Assembly: GCA_965113315.1 (NCBI GenBank) | Contig: OZ220366.1 | Reading direction: 5' to 3' (one strand) | DNA: 64,000 nucleotides | Origin: Podarcis vaucheri | Taxonomy: Eukaryota | Made by a program: the position numbers and the translations under genes | Shown here: piece by piece, positions 49,408 to 62,803 of the stretch | Numbering within the stretch: the stretch's first letter is position 1 | Layout: each line of letters begins with the position of its first letter | The notes under the pieces: generated by a model | Databases searched by the model: none | What the model saw: only the letters and a program-made list of their open reading frames with translations | Told to the model about the DNA's origin: nothing

Positions 49408-50704
49408 GTGAATGAGAATCTTTAAACACAGGCCCTTGGTGCAGTGGTGCTATCAAGGCAGGACTTCCGGGCAGAAGTCCAGGATGCCCACTAAGCAGAA
49501 TGGGGTCGCCAAACACAGCAGGCTTGAATTACTTCATTCTTAAGTAAGCATAGTAACACACATTAAAAACTAAAGGGGAAGGGAGCAGGCATATGATAAT
49601 TAAGTCGAGAGTCTTAAATCACTCAATTGCCCCACTGGTCTCATTATAAGTCATGTTTTTATAGGGAGTAGCACCCCAATAAAAACTTGAGCAGCGTACT
49701 GTTAAGAGAACACTAAAACAGTTCTTTTTTTTAATCCTTGAAAAAGATTTTAAAACAACCAGATCTCCTTGCAGCTGAATAATTTCAAGGTTGCCAGGAA
49801 CAGTATATTTCTGCCACAAAATGCTTATTGTTGCTGTTCTTCTTCTTCGAACATATGGGTACCTGCTTTAAGTCTCGCACTTCCATTTTCTAATTAAAGC
49901 AGCATTTCTGTTTTATTAAGAGCTTCAAGAGTTTTGAGTTGTTCTCAAAGTACCTCAAAGGTTTGACCTGATGCTGAAGACTGCAGTTTGCTGCCTTGTG
50001 TTCTTTTAGAAAGAAGAGTAGGATAGAAATTTAAACAACAGTGAGGTGGACCTCAAAGATGCAAACACCCACATGTGCACATACTGCTTTAGGATGTGAC
50101 AAATATTTCAAAACAAGGCCTAGAAACTTCAACACATCTAAACTCAGTGAGAGTTCTTTATCAACATGCTTTGGATTCTCCTGTAGGAAAAAATAATACT
50201 TATTATTCAGCTGTGCTCACTAGATTAATGACAGTTGTATGGTTAACTAAAAATAGTTGGATAGCTTTAGACATGGGAGTTTTCCCCTAAGTAAATGTAC
50301 CATGATGGTACATACCAAATGCCACGTGTTAAAGAAACTCTCAAAAAGCAAATGCGGGAAAGAAAAGTAAGGATACAATTATAGACTTAAATAGGCTGCA
50401 GATTGATGTATTGATCCATACTGCTAGCCAATTTAAAATGCCATCCAGTGTAGGTACTTTAATGACAGGCAGATCCAGCTGCCAATTCATAGCTGCCTGG
50501 GCTGTGAACCACAGTACAGCTGAAAGGGAAAGCCTGAGCAGCACTTTTGCAAGGAGTGCCTTAAGTGTCACCTTTGTCAGTGCCTTCACATGAATATGTG
50601 AATGTGCAGGCTCTGGGAGAGGAGATTGCAGCTGATTTTCTCCTCATTGGTCGGTCTGCTGTTGTGCTGCTTGGGCTAAGCTATGGTTTGTTTTAGCGTG
50701 TCTT

Positions 50705-51400
50705 CTCTGCGCCACGCCCTAGGCTGACCAATCTGGTTAGCCAAGGGGCGTGGCGTGCTCTATTTAAGCAGCCCACAGGCGGGAAGTTGCCCCATTTTCT
50801 GGTTCCTGCTCCCGCAGTTCTCTCTCCCTCCCTCTCTCCCATTAGGCTCTTAATCCTTTGACCTTGCTATGGTCCTCGGTTGGTCGCCTGTTGAAGGGGC
50901 CTGGTAGAAATTTTTCCCCACTTGGCAAATTGGCATCAGCCATTTGGTTTTCCGCATACCTCGTAGCAAATCGTCACAACTTTGTAAGGTTTGGTGGTTA
51001 GGCATTGGAGTATTCGGTTGAAGGTAAGGAGAGGTAGTGGCCATCACATACCTCTCCTATTTCAAGGGTATTCCGTTAAAGGAATCCGGGGTGTGTGTGG
51101 GCCCATCCGAAGCCCAGGCGGGGGCTAGGGCCATGGAATGACCCCTATCGGTGACCCTGGGGGAGTTCCGGGTCGATGTGCATCAACAGGGCTCCCCCTA
51201 CTGGTGGTTAACGGTTCTGAAACTTCCTGTAGGCAGGCAGGAGTCAGATATAGTCGGTTCGGTTCCAGTGCCTAAGCCAATACCACTCACATTCTGTAAC
51301 CAATAAAGTTGTGGCCTTTTTTAGCCCATTGACCTAATATACTGTTGTCAAGTGTCATCCTTCCAACAAAGGGGAGGGTTCAGGGTCTTGCCACGCAACT
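50705..51400 (+). mobile_element. Solo-LTR-like element family 1, copy 2
   Basis: Inverted GC boxes GCCACGCCC 50711 / GGGCGTGGC 50746, CCAAT 50728, TATTTAA 50761, AATAAA 51302, ends CGCAACT. 5' boundary uncertain. Confidence 0.8.
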
Positions 51401-52199
51401 CCAAACTGCCGGTGCAGCCCATCTAGAACTGGCTGTAAACCTAACTTCCACACATGAGAAGCATTTAAATAGCAGCAAAAATAGTAGTCATCATTACTGA
51501 TAAACTAAGTCAATAAATTCCTTTTGTACAACTTTTCAGACTTTTCATGTTTATTCTTCAATTTGCTACAAAAATCCACATTAACTTGTTTCGAGGTAGG
51601 AACCCAGTTTCACAAAGGGTTTGTCATTATGAGTTCCTAAAGAGCTATTAAAGGTGCAGTATCATGTATGTTATGCTTGTATTTTATGACAGCATTCAAA
51701 TCTTATTTCCTAGCTCTCTGTTGCTCATGTTAGATACAAGAGATTCTATTCACTTTATGATATCGTTCATTCAGGGAATCTTGTTATGAAATTTAGCACA
51801 AAGCAGCCCTGTAGGGGGTGACCTTTCGTACTAAATTAGCAGCAATATATTTTTTTCAAGGTGTATGGCAACAGCATTTTTTTCATTTACTTCTCCTGCT
51901 ATGTACATTGTGGCACAGCTGTACACAACTATATCAGTCAGTCAAGTTGTCTGGAAAAAGGTTTAGATTGATTTGCCCTCAGTAATTTGGTTATGCAGGT
52001 GTGCTGAAGTGAAGCAGATGTTGACTGATGGGAGTGGGAGGGTAAGAAGGAGAAGGAGGGCTCATATTTGCTGCTATGCTTTCTTACAACAGCATGCCCC
52101 AAAGATGCAGATGTCAAAAGCATTCTTAGACAGCCTGAGATGGAAACCTCTCACCTGCTTGCTTGCCACATCTGCTTAGATTTTAGGAAATCCATCACT

Positions 52200-52600
52200 T
52201 TATTCATGGCATGTAATTAAAACCAAATTGCACTTTTGAAAGAGACACAACAGTTGAATATTCAGTGGAAAATATGTATTTGCTTATCATTGGTTAAAAA
52301 CCTCAGGTTCTACTCTGTGGAATTATTAGGTAATAATCATATAATTTGCAATCTGATTGTGCCTGGAGTCATTAATCGCAATAAAATATGTTTAGAGAGA
52401 AAGCTCGTTCTGTGCCTTTAGACAAAACTGAAGCAGAACATTCAGTAATTTAATAAAGAGAATCTGGCTGCTTTATCCCCCTCAAGAGTTTTCATTAATT
52501 TGAGAATGTTGTAGAAGCAGGCAAAACAATGACTGCATTAGGAGGCTCTTCAGTTCAACATCACTGTCGATCTATTATAATAATAGAGGAAATGGGAGTC
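52200..52600. promoter_or_regulatory. Candidate conserved non-coding element
   Basis: Dense TAAT/ATTA and GCAATAAA (posterior Hox/Cdx-like) motifs in non-repetitive sequence. Confidence 0.35.
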
Positions 52601-55272
52601 AAACATGTACACAGGAAAATAACTTTGCAGCATAAATGGAGTATCAGTATTCAAAAATGCCCCTACAGAAGTACTTCACTAGACACCACATGCCAGCAAA
52701 AAAACTGACATAATGATAAGTGAAAACCCATGTTCATATATATAACAGCCTTGTGCTACCATGTGATTTACAACATGGAAAATGTCCAACACTATTTTTA
52801 GAAAAGTCTTCTGAAGGTCATAATTTTTCCCCCAAGGCAGCCCTTTGCTTTGGATGTCAATTTTGATACCTAATGCACACTATTGACAGAGTAGACATAG
52901 CCAATATTATAGAGAATAATGAAGCAATGGCTGCCAAACTCATTGTGCCTTTGTATCCATTCAGAGGTGATGTTCTAGCAGAGAAGGATTATGTGGCTAT
53001 CATGCTTAGTCACTGGAAGATATCTCCCTAGCCTTGAGATACCATACACCAACAAAGGTCACCAATTCATTTTTAAGATAATGTTAGAAGCGAAACCAAC
53101 ATTTGGAACAAGAACAACAAAAGTCTTTTGCACCATCAGCAAGTTTTTGTAGGGGTGCCCTATGTACTCAACCCTTTTCAGTTGGCTCCTTGTGGTTAGG
53201 AAAATTTTGTGTGATCTGCATTTTTATGCTGACAGACTAAATTCATACCTTCTGGCCTAATAAAAGGAGCATAACTATCTATTAGGTTTTGTATTTAATT
53301 GAATTTTGTAATATGGTTCTTGGCTGAAGAAAATGAATTAAAAATGCACCTTTTAGGATACAATGTATTCAGAAATGCATACAATATGTATTTGTGATAA
53401 AACTCATAGGTAAATATTATTCTTTTTATTATTTTTGAAGGGGAAGTATTTTTACTGACCCAATGACACAGTGCACAATCTGAGACATAAACTCCTAAAT
53501 TCCTTAAAATATTATGAAGGATTCTGGGGCATACGGTACCCCTTGGATAGCTACTTCCTGCAGCAAAAATATATTGAGCTGACCACATCTACAAACCAAT
53601 CTGTTGTTGTTGTTGTTGTTGTTACTACAGGACTTCTGAATACTGCTCATGTTTCCCTTGATAAAGTTAGACAAAATAGAAAAGCAAACAGGAATTGTGT
53701 AATGAATTCACCGGTAACACGTTTACTGAACTGGAACATAAGTTCAAACAGGCAGCAGTCCTGTCCATACTTACATAAAAATAAGTCCCAATGGAAAAAG
53801 TTGTATGCATAGAATTGGGCTGGGAGACTTTTTATTTTGGAAGAAAAGGCTTCATTAAAAGGAATTGCACTATATAAGTCTAGAACTAGGTTTTAATGCT
53901 TGGAAAAGTGCCAGAAAACCATGGTTCCCCTTCTACACACACACACACTACACCTACAAAATGTATAGCTGAAGATGAAAACTTCCACATGTACAGATGG
54001 ACCAAAAATGCTTAGGATTCAGCTAGAAATGTTTCTAGGTTGTTTTCTTCTAGTTCTGGAGAATAACATTAATTCTATCAGCATTAATGGTGGAGAACTA
54101 AAAAGAAAATGTTCTGAGAGAATCTGATGGGATCATTCCAACAGCCATCTTTTTCATTAAACATGATAGCTCACATATTTTCTTCCACTAAATCTGTTTT
54201 TGTGTAGACTATCAATAGTGGCTCTAGTTAAGTTTATTTTTTTAGAAGAATGCTACCTTACGAACAAAGACAATAGCTCATCTATCCCCTCTGGTCAAAC
54301 ATGCAGAAGACATGACAGCTTGGTTAACAAGAGATGACTTGAGTCAGAGGATAGATAATGATTTCTGTTAAGAGAAGATCAACACACTAGGTATGGCAGC
54401 TCATCAGGCTCCCTGTGAAGATTCCAAGGACTCATTTGCATGGCATTTCAGATGAGGAAGGGGGAGGAGAGGCTTTTAGAAGCCATCCCCTCCCCACTGT
54501 CTGTAGCATGAGGCATGGTCCTAGCTTTTCAATTTATTACACATCACACTTTTAATTCCATTAAACCTATTTAGGTGTTTTGTTTACTCTAAACAACTAA
54601 AACATCCTGCTATCAAGTGCCCAGGATACAAGTCACCCATAAGCCTATTAAGCAGAATAAGCAGAATCTTCATTTTACTTCCCTTCTTTGTGCATTACAC
54701 TGCACTTTAAAAACCTGTAAGGGAATGAATATTTTGATGGTTTTAACAGATCCCACAACGACGAACTGATACGCTCATCGCTAATAATTAGTATGCTGGA
54801 ATTCTGCCAAAGCAGCACAGTAATTAGCTGACAAAACAAACAAGTCTTCTATCTGGATTCATTGGCTATGATGATCGTATTGGCACTATATATTATGGGG
54901 AATTGCAAAGGAATTTATGAAGATGCACAGAAGTCTTCAGTTACTAGTATTAACATGCACCAAGTTTGACAGGGTTAAATTATGCATGCATATATACAAC
55001 TTCTGAAGAGGGTTCCTATTGATCCCCAGTTTCAGAATGTGCATCTTCAATGTTTTATTTAGTTCCAGTTCATATTTAATTTCACTACTGCCAAGCTTAA
55101 TTTCAGACAACCAAGTGGAGGTCTTGTGTACCATTTCCAGCTGATATAAGGCATATTGTGGAAAGACGGTAAAGATATGTGATTTAAATATTGAAAGGTA
55201 GGTTTATTGATTACTTCTCTATTACACCTGTTGGCAAATGATAATAAAAAGAGCCCTACTGGATTGGACTAA

Positions 55273-55519
55273 TGGTGTGGTGTAGTGGTTAAGAGTGGTA
55301 GACTCCTAATCTGGGGAACCGGGTTCGTGTCTCCGCTCCTCCACATGCAGCTGCTGGGTGACCTTGGGCCAGTCACACTTCTTTGAAGTCTCAGCCCCAC
55401 TCACCTCACAGAGTGTTTGTTGTGGGGGAGGAAGGAAAAGGAGAATGTTAGCCGCTTTGAGAATCCTTAAAGGGAGTGAAAGGCGGGATATCAAATCCAA
55501 ACTCTTCTTCTTCTTCTTC
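55273..55519 (+). mobile_element. Squam3-type tRNA-derived SINE
   Basis: A-box TGGTGTAGTGG, B-box-like GGTTCGTGTC, CORE-like GGGTGACCTTGGGCCAGTCAC, L2-type tail and (CTT)n end; inserted into an older CR1-tail-like repeat (55250-55590). Confidence 0.88.
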
Positions 55520-55664
55520 CATCTGGTCCAGCCTTCTGTTTCCCACAGTACAATAAATAGATGCCCCTGGGAAATCCACAAGCAGGGCTTAAGATACACA
55601 CCCAATGCCTACGCCAAAACATGCTAAACATCTGTATTTCATAAAGTTGTGGGCTGTTTAAATA

Positions 55665-55899
55665 CAGCGGTACCTTGGGTTACAAACACCTTGGGTTACA
55701 AACTCCGCTAACTCAGAAGTAGTACCTTGGGTTAAGAACTTTGCCCCAGGATAAGAACAGAAATTGCGCGCCCGCGGTGCGGCAGCAGCAGCAGCAACAG
55801 AAGGCCCCATAAGCTAAAGTGGTACCTCAGGTTAAGAACGGTTTCAGGTTAAGAACAGACCTCCGGAATGAATTAAGTTCGTAACCCGAGGTACCACTG
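55665..55899. mobile_element. Tc1/mariner-pogo (Tigger-like) MITE
   Basis: CAGCGGTACCTTGGGTTAC / GTAACCCGAGGTACCACTG, TA flanks; same family as 42360-42601 in the opposite orientation. Confidence 0.92.
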
Positions 55900-56120
55900 T
55901 AACAGTTGGTTGTGCTTTGGTTACTGCAACTTTAGCATGCCTTGGCTGCAACGCCCATGGCTTGACTGTGCCTGGACCCAAAACATGTCCAATGATGTCT
56001 GATGTTGTGTCACACCATGCCCACTTGTATGGATGAATTTTAGCCCAACATGGCAGTATATCAATAAAAAAAGTCACAGTTCCATACAGCAAAGACTCTC
56101 CTCCCTGGAAGAGAGGGGAG

Positions 56121-56880
56121 TGGTTGTGGGCGGGAGACCGAGCTCCGCCCCTGGTAGGCGGCATTAGCCCCCTCCCCTCCTACCTGGCTGGCGCCCACGC
56201 CTGTTGGGTTGGACTTCCCTTTACACGCCCACCGGAGGTGGCCAACCAGGTGCCTCCGGGGGGCGTGTGTAGCAGCTTAATGCTGTGGTGCCAGCTCCGC
56301 CTCCTCCTCATTCATCGTTATCCCTCAGCGAGTCACCCACCCTCCACTCCCATTTAGCTCAGGGTCTAGGTTTTTGGCCTTGCTATGGACCTTTGGTTGG
56401 TCACCCTGGTTGGCTGGGGGGCCTGGTAGGAATTTTTCCATTTGGCATTAGGCCTTTTGGTTTTTTCGCCTACCTCGTAGCAATCGTCACAACTTTTGTG
56501 GTATTGGTGGGTAGGTTAGGCATTGGATTCATGTGTTGTGCTGTGTCAAGGGCTAGGTGTGGCCATCGCCTATGCTATCTACCGTGGGTTATTCCGTTAA
56601 AGGAATCTGGCGATCGTGTATTCTGTCCGATGCCTGCTTGGCGGGAGGCCATGGCACAACCCTCGGTGACATCAGGGGGTGAGCCTATAGTTGGATGAGC
56701 ATCAACAGGCTCCACCTACTGTTGAATAAACCCACCACCTATAGTCATCCAATGCCTAAGCCAATACCTTTTCACTGCTGTAATCAATAAAGTTGTGGCC
56801 TTTTCTTGCCCATTAACCTTATATCACGTGTCCTTGTGTATTTATTTCACATAGCAGGGTCGGGCCCTCGATCCACAACA
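56121..56880 (+). mobile_element. Solo-LTR-like element family 1, copy 3 (complete)
   Basis: TG...CA termini (TGGTTGTGG / CCACAACA), 4-bp TSD GGAG at 56117-56120 and 56881-56884, AATAAA 56786. Confidence 0.85.
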
Positions 56881-58090
56881 GGAGATGCAGTGTAAAAGGA
56901 ATGTTAAGAGGTTTGGACATAAAGACTAGCATTATAAGCAGGAAAACTCACACAATAATCCCCACATCTCAATATTGTAAGAAATTAATTAATTTGTTTT
57001 TAGTTGATTTACTCAAGTCTCCTAAGATATTATGGCCTTGCTCCAATTGGAACACACGCCTAGTGAGATCATTGGCAGTGCCTTGATTTTTATTTAAGGA
57101 AATAGGGAATGCCCTCAACTAAGTCCCTGCTCCTTATACTACATCAACACTGATAGTGAGAAGGAGAAAGGGGGATAGAATGACATGAGATCAAACACAT
57201 TGTTATATTTAACATGTCTATGATCATAACTTGTGTTTGTGTGGATGTTTAACCCCTTCCCTGCCGTAGTTTCAATGAAAAGCACACCTCATGCTGCTAT
57301 TTGCCCTGGAAAGGAAACACTGGGGTATATTTTCAAAGGAGGTACCTAGTTTGGCCTAGAAAAAGGAGAAAAGTTGATCCCACATTGCAGATGGTATACT
57401 GGATATGGAAAGGTGGAAGAACACTTGCCTAAGTCAATAACCTCGCCCCAGAGGGAGCTTGGTCTCCTGATGTCTTGATTTCTCAGGAGTTGTTCTAAAG
57501 CATCTCATCAGTCAACTGTTTTAAAAGCAATGGATGAAGCTGAGAATTAGAACAGATAGTATCAGGAAAGCTAATCCCAGGAATTTGACCCTATTGAAGC
57601 TGGTGACAAACACAGTATATGAATTTATAAATGCAAATAGCATGATCTAAAGAAGTACCTTGGGAATTCTTTTTGCAGTATATGGGAACAACATGAACGA
57701 ATACAACTAAAAAAAGAAAATGTGAACCATAGCAGTGGCTCAAAGAACAGAAATGTAAAATAGAGCAAGAATGCAAAAAACACTGAAGCAATTGATAGGA
57801 TGAGGTATTGATTTGCAAGTCAATTGCTACAGTTCATTACTATGGTTTTTAATAAAGCTCGTTGATTTTGTGACTTGGGTTTCTGGATTAAATCAATCAG
57901 TTAGCAACTGATGGTCTAATATTACAAGCTAATTGCCTAACAAACCAAATACAGACTTTGAACCAATCAGAATTCCATAGTGGTACTATTTCTTCTGCTC
58001 ACATATACAAGAGAGCTGTTTCTCGGACTTCTTTAAGGGTCACACATGTAACAACACTTCAGATGCTAGTATTTGTAAAGGAGACAAGTA

Positions 58091-58662
58091 CTGTATTTTT
58101 CGTCCCATAGGGTGCACCGCCCCATAGGACACACCTAGGTTTTTTGGGGGGGAAATAAAGAAAAATTTTTTTATTTCCCCCCCAGGTGCGGGGCTGGCGC
58201 GGGGGAAGCCCGAGCTTCCCCCGACCCCAGCCCCCAGAACAGCCTGCTATCCGCAAGCCTAGGGAGCCCGGACGAAGTCACGCCGCTCCCCAGGCTTGCG
58301 GAGAGGTGCGCGAAGCCCAGGCGCGCTCTTCAGCGCATCCCAGGCTTCGGAATGCAGGCAGCTCCGCGCAGCCGTCGGGAGCCCAGTGTGACTTCGCTCT
58401 GGATGGATGCGCGAAGCTGGGCGAAGCCCAGGGCTGCAGGCAGCTCTGCGCAGCCATCGGGAGCCCGGTGCGACTTCATGCCGGGCTCCCAAAGGCTGTG
58501 CAGAGCTTCCTGAAGCCTGGAGAACAAGAGGAGTCGGTGCGCACCGACCCCTCTCGCTCTTCAGGCTTCAGCGAAAGCCTGCATTTGCTCCATAGGACGC
58601 ACACACATTTCCCCTTCATTTTTGGAGGGGAAAAAGTGCATCCTATAGGGCGAAAAATACGG
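58091..58662. mobile_element. Tc1/mariner-pogo MITE with GC-rich internal repeats
   Basis: CTGTATTTTTCGTCCCATAGG / CCTATAGGGCGAAAAATACGG, TA TSD; internal repeated GGGAGCCC and GAAGCCCAGG units. Confidence 0.9.
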
Positions 58663-60593
58663 TATATTCTCACAGTCCCAAACAGATGCCCAGAAGAAGC
58701 CTTAATGCAGAACCTAAGGGCATGGATTAAAACCCTTTTACAAGGCTCCAGTTTTGCCTTTCCTTTTCATCTTCTTTATTCCACATAGTTTCCAAATAGC
58801 ATACTCTCTTTTAAGGAGCTTCACATGTTAGAAATTAATAGGATTTTGATTATTTGATTTTGTTATGAAGGGAGAAATGCCAGCTGCAGAGCAAAGCTAT
58901 TAACATGACTTAATATGTTGATGGCCCATCTAAGAGAAATCCTTGGGCCTGGGCAGACAGGTTGCTAAGGTGATGTGTGTTGTGGTGAAGGAAAAAAGTG
59001 TTTTTAGCTGGGAACAAGAAGGGAGAACAGAAAAGACAGGCTGGCTAAAGGGAAGCTGGGAAAGATGCCTTGGACTCCAATGCTGTACTCCTGTGAGGAA
59101 CAAGTCCCTCTTGAGGTGACCATGCTGGTGTAAATATGCGAATAAATCACATTTCTTAAAGCTGTGACAGCCTCCGCCATTGTCTTGATTCTCAAAGGAA
59201 CACAGATCCTGGGTGAGCACCTGAAACCCCTTGGAATCTTGCTCAGCAGACATTGTGCAACAACATGATTGCAAATTTGTTTGCCGTTGAACTGGCAGCA
59301 ACCATTACTGAGTCTACATCCTTAATATGTTCACAATTTAGAGTTTTCCAAGTACATATTAAATGTTCTGTGTATATTCGTTTTTTTTTCTAAAAGAGCT
59401 AGGAATGACACAATCTTTATAAATCTCTTTAAAAAGATCAGGATGCTGAACTAGGCAGGACTCTGTCTAGTCCAGTAGAAAGGCTCTTCTTATGTGGGCC
59501 ATGTACAGTGAGGAGGCACACCTGAATGCCTCTCTCATATTCTCAATAAGTGTAATGATCTTGGAAGACAGCAAGAAAGCAAATTTCCTGTGGCATTTAA
59601 TGTTATCAGTGCCTGATAATACAAAGTGATGCATGAAATTATGAGTATTAACGAATAATATATTTACAGCAAAAATGTCTGCATTATATGTAGGAATCAT
59701 GTACAAAAATTAACACTTTTTCAGCCTGTTTATATTACCTAGAAGACGGTTAGCTGTTTATTTCAAGTTATACAGTAAGGTTAGCAAAAATGCAGGGTCT
59801 TAGCCTAATAATTCCTCTTGGGGAGTGGGCAATCATGCTATGAGTTGCCCACTGAGGATGATCAAAGCAGAATATGCACAGAGAGGTTCTGCTAATGACT
59901 CACATGGCAAAAAACCCTGAAGTGCATATGAAGTTAGAGTACATTGATTATTTTGTTATTTGATTACTGTAGAAATCAGTTCTGAGCAGTAGGCTAAGCA
60001 TGTTTAACAGGCCAGCTGTGCATCAGCAGGCCTGGATTTTCACTGGGAATTAGTGGAATTTTAGAGGAGATTATTGATTTTTTGTTTGAAGCATTTGAAA
60101 TTTCTTGACATCCCATCAAGCTGGTATATCATGTGGACAGCACATAGGGATGGTCTGTGTGATCATCAGTAGCTGAGAAGAGTGTTCGAAGGATGAAAGG
60201 CAAAGACAAAATCCAGGACAAGGCAAGGCCAGTATTTGGGGTGCAACTGATGCCTGGAACCAAGTGATATCAGGAACAAGCTGTGTTCTTTAAGTGAAGA
60301 ATGTGCCCTAAAAAGAAAGCAAAGAGGAACAGGTGTAATAGGGGAAATAGGTGGGGAATGGACTGTAGATGGTGGGGAATTGACTGTAGATGGTGAAGAG
60401 TGGTAAGGAGGAGATAGAATTGAGACATATGTTTCAGTCAATGAATCAGCAGTAGGCCAACTTCAGAGTAGAAGTATTTGCATTTATTATCAGTAAGACA
60501 ATAACAATATGACAAAACACCTGAAGTCGGCCTAGCACGATACACATTTTTTAAAATCACAAAATGAAATCTAGTAAAGTAAGAATATGAACT

Positions 60594-61007
60594 AGTTGCA
60601 GGACCTTAGCCAGACCTAGCAGAGTATATGCAGAGTTCACAAAAGCAATTGGCAACTGGCTGCAGACAGGCTGGACGAAGCAGGAACCAGGAACTTATAG
60701 TTAAAGGTGTTTATTATATACAGTGGACTATTTACAGGAACAGAACAGAACACGGATATTTGACTAGCTCTCTCTTACACGACTCACAACTCTCAACCTC
60801 CAACTCCTATACTCACTGAACCCTGAACTAACACATTCCAGTTAGTAGACCATAAATCATTATTCCCATGAGAGAGCTTGACCAATCATGGAGCTGTCTC
60901 CATGCCTCTGTATCACCAGGCAGATTACACTCCTTCACATTGCTTTGGCTGTCGGCCAAGCCTAATTGACTCTGTGTGTGAAGCTGCACGTATTCAGATT
61001 CCCAACA
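60594..61007 (-). mobile_element. Probable Gypsy-like solo LTR
   Basis: Minus strand begins TGTTGGG and ends GCAACT, has AATAAAC near 60710; no TSD seen. Confidence 0.5.
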
Positions 61008-62298
61008 CACCTCACGGGAGCATTTCAGAATGTATGATATAAGAAAACAGCATCATAGATGTCAGGGGGAAAAATACACATTTTTGTAAATCAGCATAAC
61101 AATATCAGCAGCTGAAAAGCCACAAGATTTTGGCACACCTTTCTAATCAATGAGGATGAAACTTGTGCACTTCAGATTCAAGATTGTTCTCAACGAAGGC
61201 ATCGTTTTATTAGAGACAATTACCTAATTAGCCCTCTTTCAAGGTGGCAATGAATGAAGCATTCATTTCAACCTCTAGACACGGGGAAGCAAGGCTGACA
61301 GCCAACAATATATTTCACTTCTTAAAATATGTTGAAAACCAAAGAGACCAACTCCAGCAAATGAGCAGAACTCCATGTGATCAACATTCTTGCTGCATAT
61401 GAAGGCTTGGTGGGAATGTCAATAATTACAAATTGAAATAATTTCTTATCTAGTTGGCTTCTAAATAATGTTTATTATGCTACACCCCCAAAAAGCATAG
61501 TGATTGATTAAAGATAGAGTACAAATTTCTTACATATTTGCAGGTTTTTACTATTTTAGAGAAAGATATTAAAAACAATTGCTTATTTTCAGATAACAAA
61601 GACACTATCTGACTGATACCCAGATTTCAAAGGGTTTACTCAGAGTATTTCTAACGCTGGATATCACCAGCTTATGTCACACACATAGCACAAGAATTGT
61701 ATTTTTATCAAACAAATTGTAAAACAAGCTTAAGACTGGCAAAATTTCCAGTTCGTCATCCACTCAATAAAAGAAGGTCGGAGTGCAGGGAGAGTGCCCA
61801 GGGCACGTTCCTTTCTGTTGTCCTTCCCTCACACATCCTTTTTGAAAGTCTAAAGGAGGCTAGAGTTTATCAATTATTTCAAATCTGATACTAGACTTAA
61901 AAATATATTCACTATGGTTCTATCTTAAGAGCACATGAAGCTTGTTTGCATTTATGATTTGACATGGTATCTGAACTGGAGTCTAGACAAGCAAATACTT
62001 TCACCTCTTTCTTTTCTGTTTTCATTCACCACACACCACGTGACTTTATAATGAGTCATGACTACTAGAAGCACAAAAAGAAGCTGTCTTTCAAATAACT
62101 CTTCTTTCACCACTGAAGCTTGACACAAAATAATCGAAACCTCTGACATGATCACAGCACTGAACTGTAGCATAAACATTCTGATTGGAAATACTGTGGA
62201 AAATATAGGAGAAATCCTACAAGGGTCATCGCTGCCACAGATTTACAACTTCAGTACTCTTAAGATAGTGTTGGATATTTTTTTAATATATAAATGGT

Positions 62299-62346
<48 letters not shown>
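62299..62346. repeat. (GAAA)n microsatellite
   Basis: Direct reading. Confidence 0.97.
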
Positions 62347-62779
62347 CTTATGTGTACACAGAGTACACTTAATAATGGAACCAACTACCCTACGATGAAA
62401 AGCTTCAATGGCTATCTTTTAATTAGACGACGGACCATGTGGGAAAAAAGGATAAAAAGTCATATGACTTGGCATCAAGAGGAAAAATCTTAGTGAATGT
62501 GAAGTCCAGAAAGCTTTTATTATTCATTCATTAAAACTATTCCTTAAAAGAAAATAGGAACATGGCAGATTTGTATAGCTGCTTTTTGCTATAATAACTA
62601 GCTCTCTTCACTCAGAAGGCAGAACATGCATACTAAAGCACAAGTGAAACAGAGATAAATGAGCTACAGCTACAAAGGTTATTCATTTCCTGAAGTTTAA
62701 TTTATCAAGGCAATTTTGAGATTATTTTCTCTCTCTGCAAGGAAATCTGTTTGATCACTGGCATTAAACCATAATCTTA

Positions 62780-62803
62780 AAATAAATAAATAAATAAATA
62801 AAA
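62780..62803. repeat. (TAAA)n microsatellite
   Basis: Direct reading. Confidence 0.9.

Noticed and set aside
55273-55345. tRNA-like A/B boxes (also at 40734 and 30110-30186)
   Set aside because: These are SINE heads followed by SINE bodies and tails, with no complete cloverleaf.
58186-58788. 200-aa ORF, the longest in the window
   Set aside because: It lies mostly within the GC-rich repeats of a TA-flanked MITE, has low-complexity composition and no recognisable domain.
60350-60395. 21-bp tandem duplication (GGTGGGGAAT(G/T)GACTGTAGAT)
   Set aside because: An ordinary two-copy slippage duplication with no further structure.
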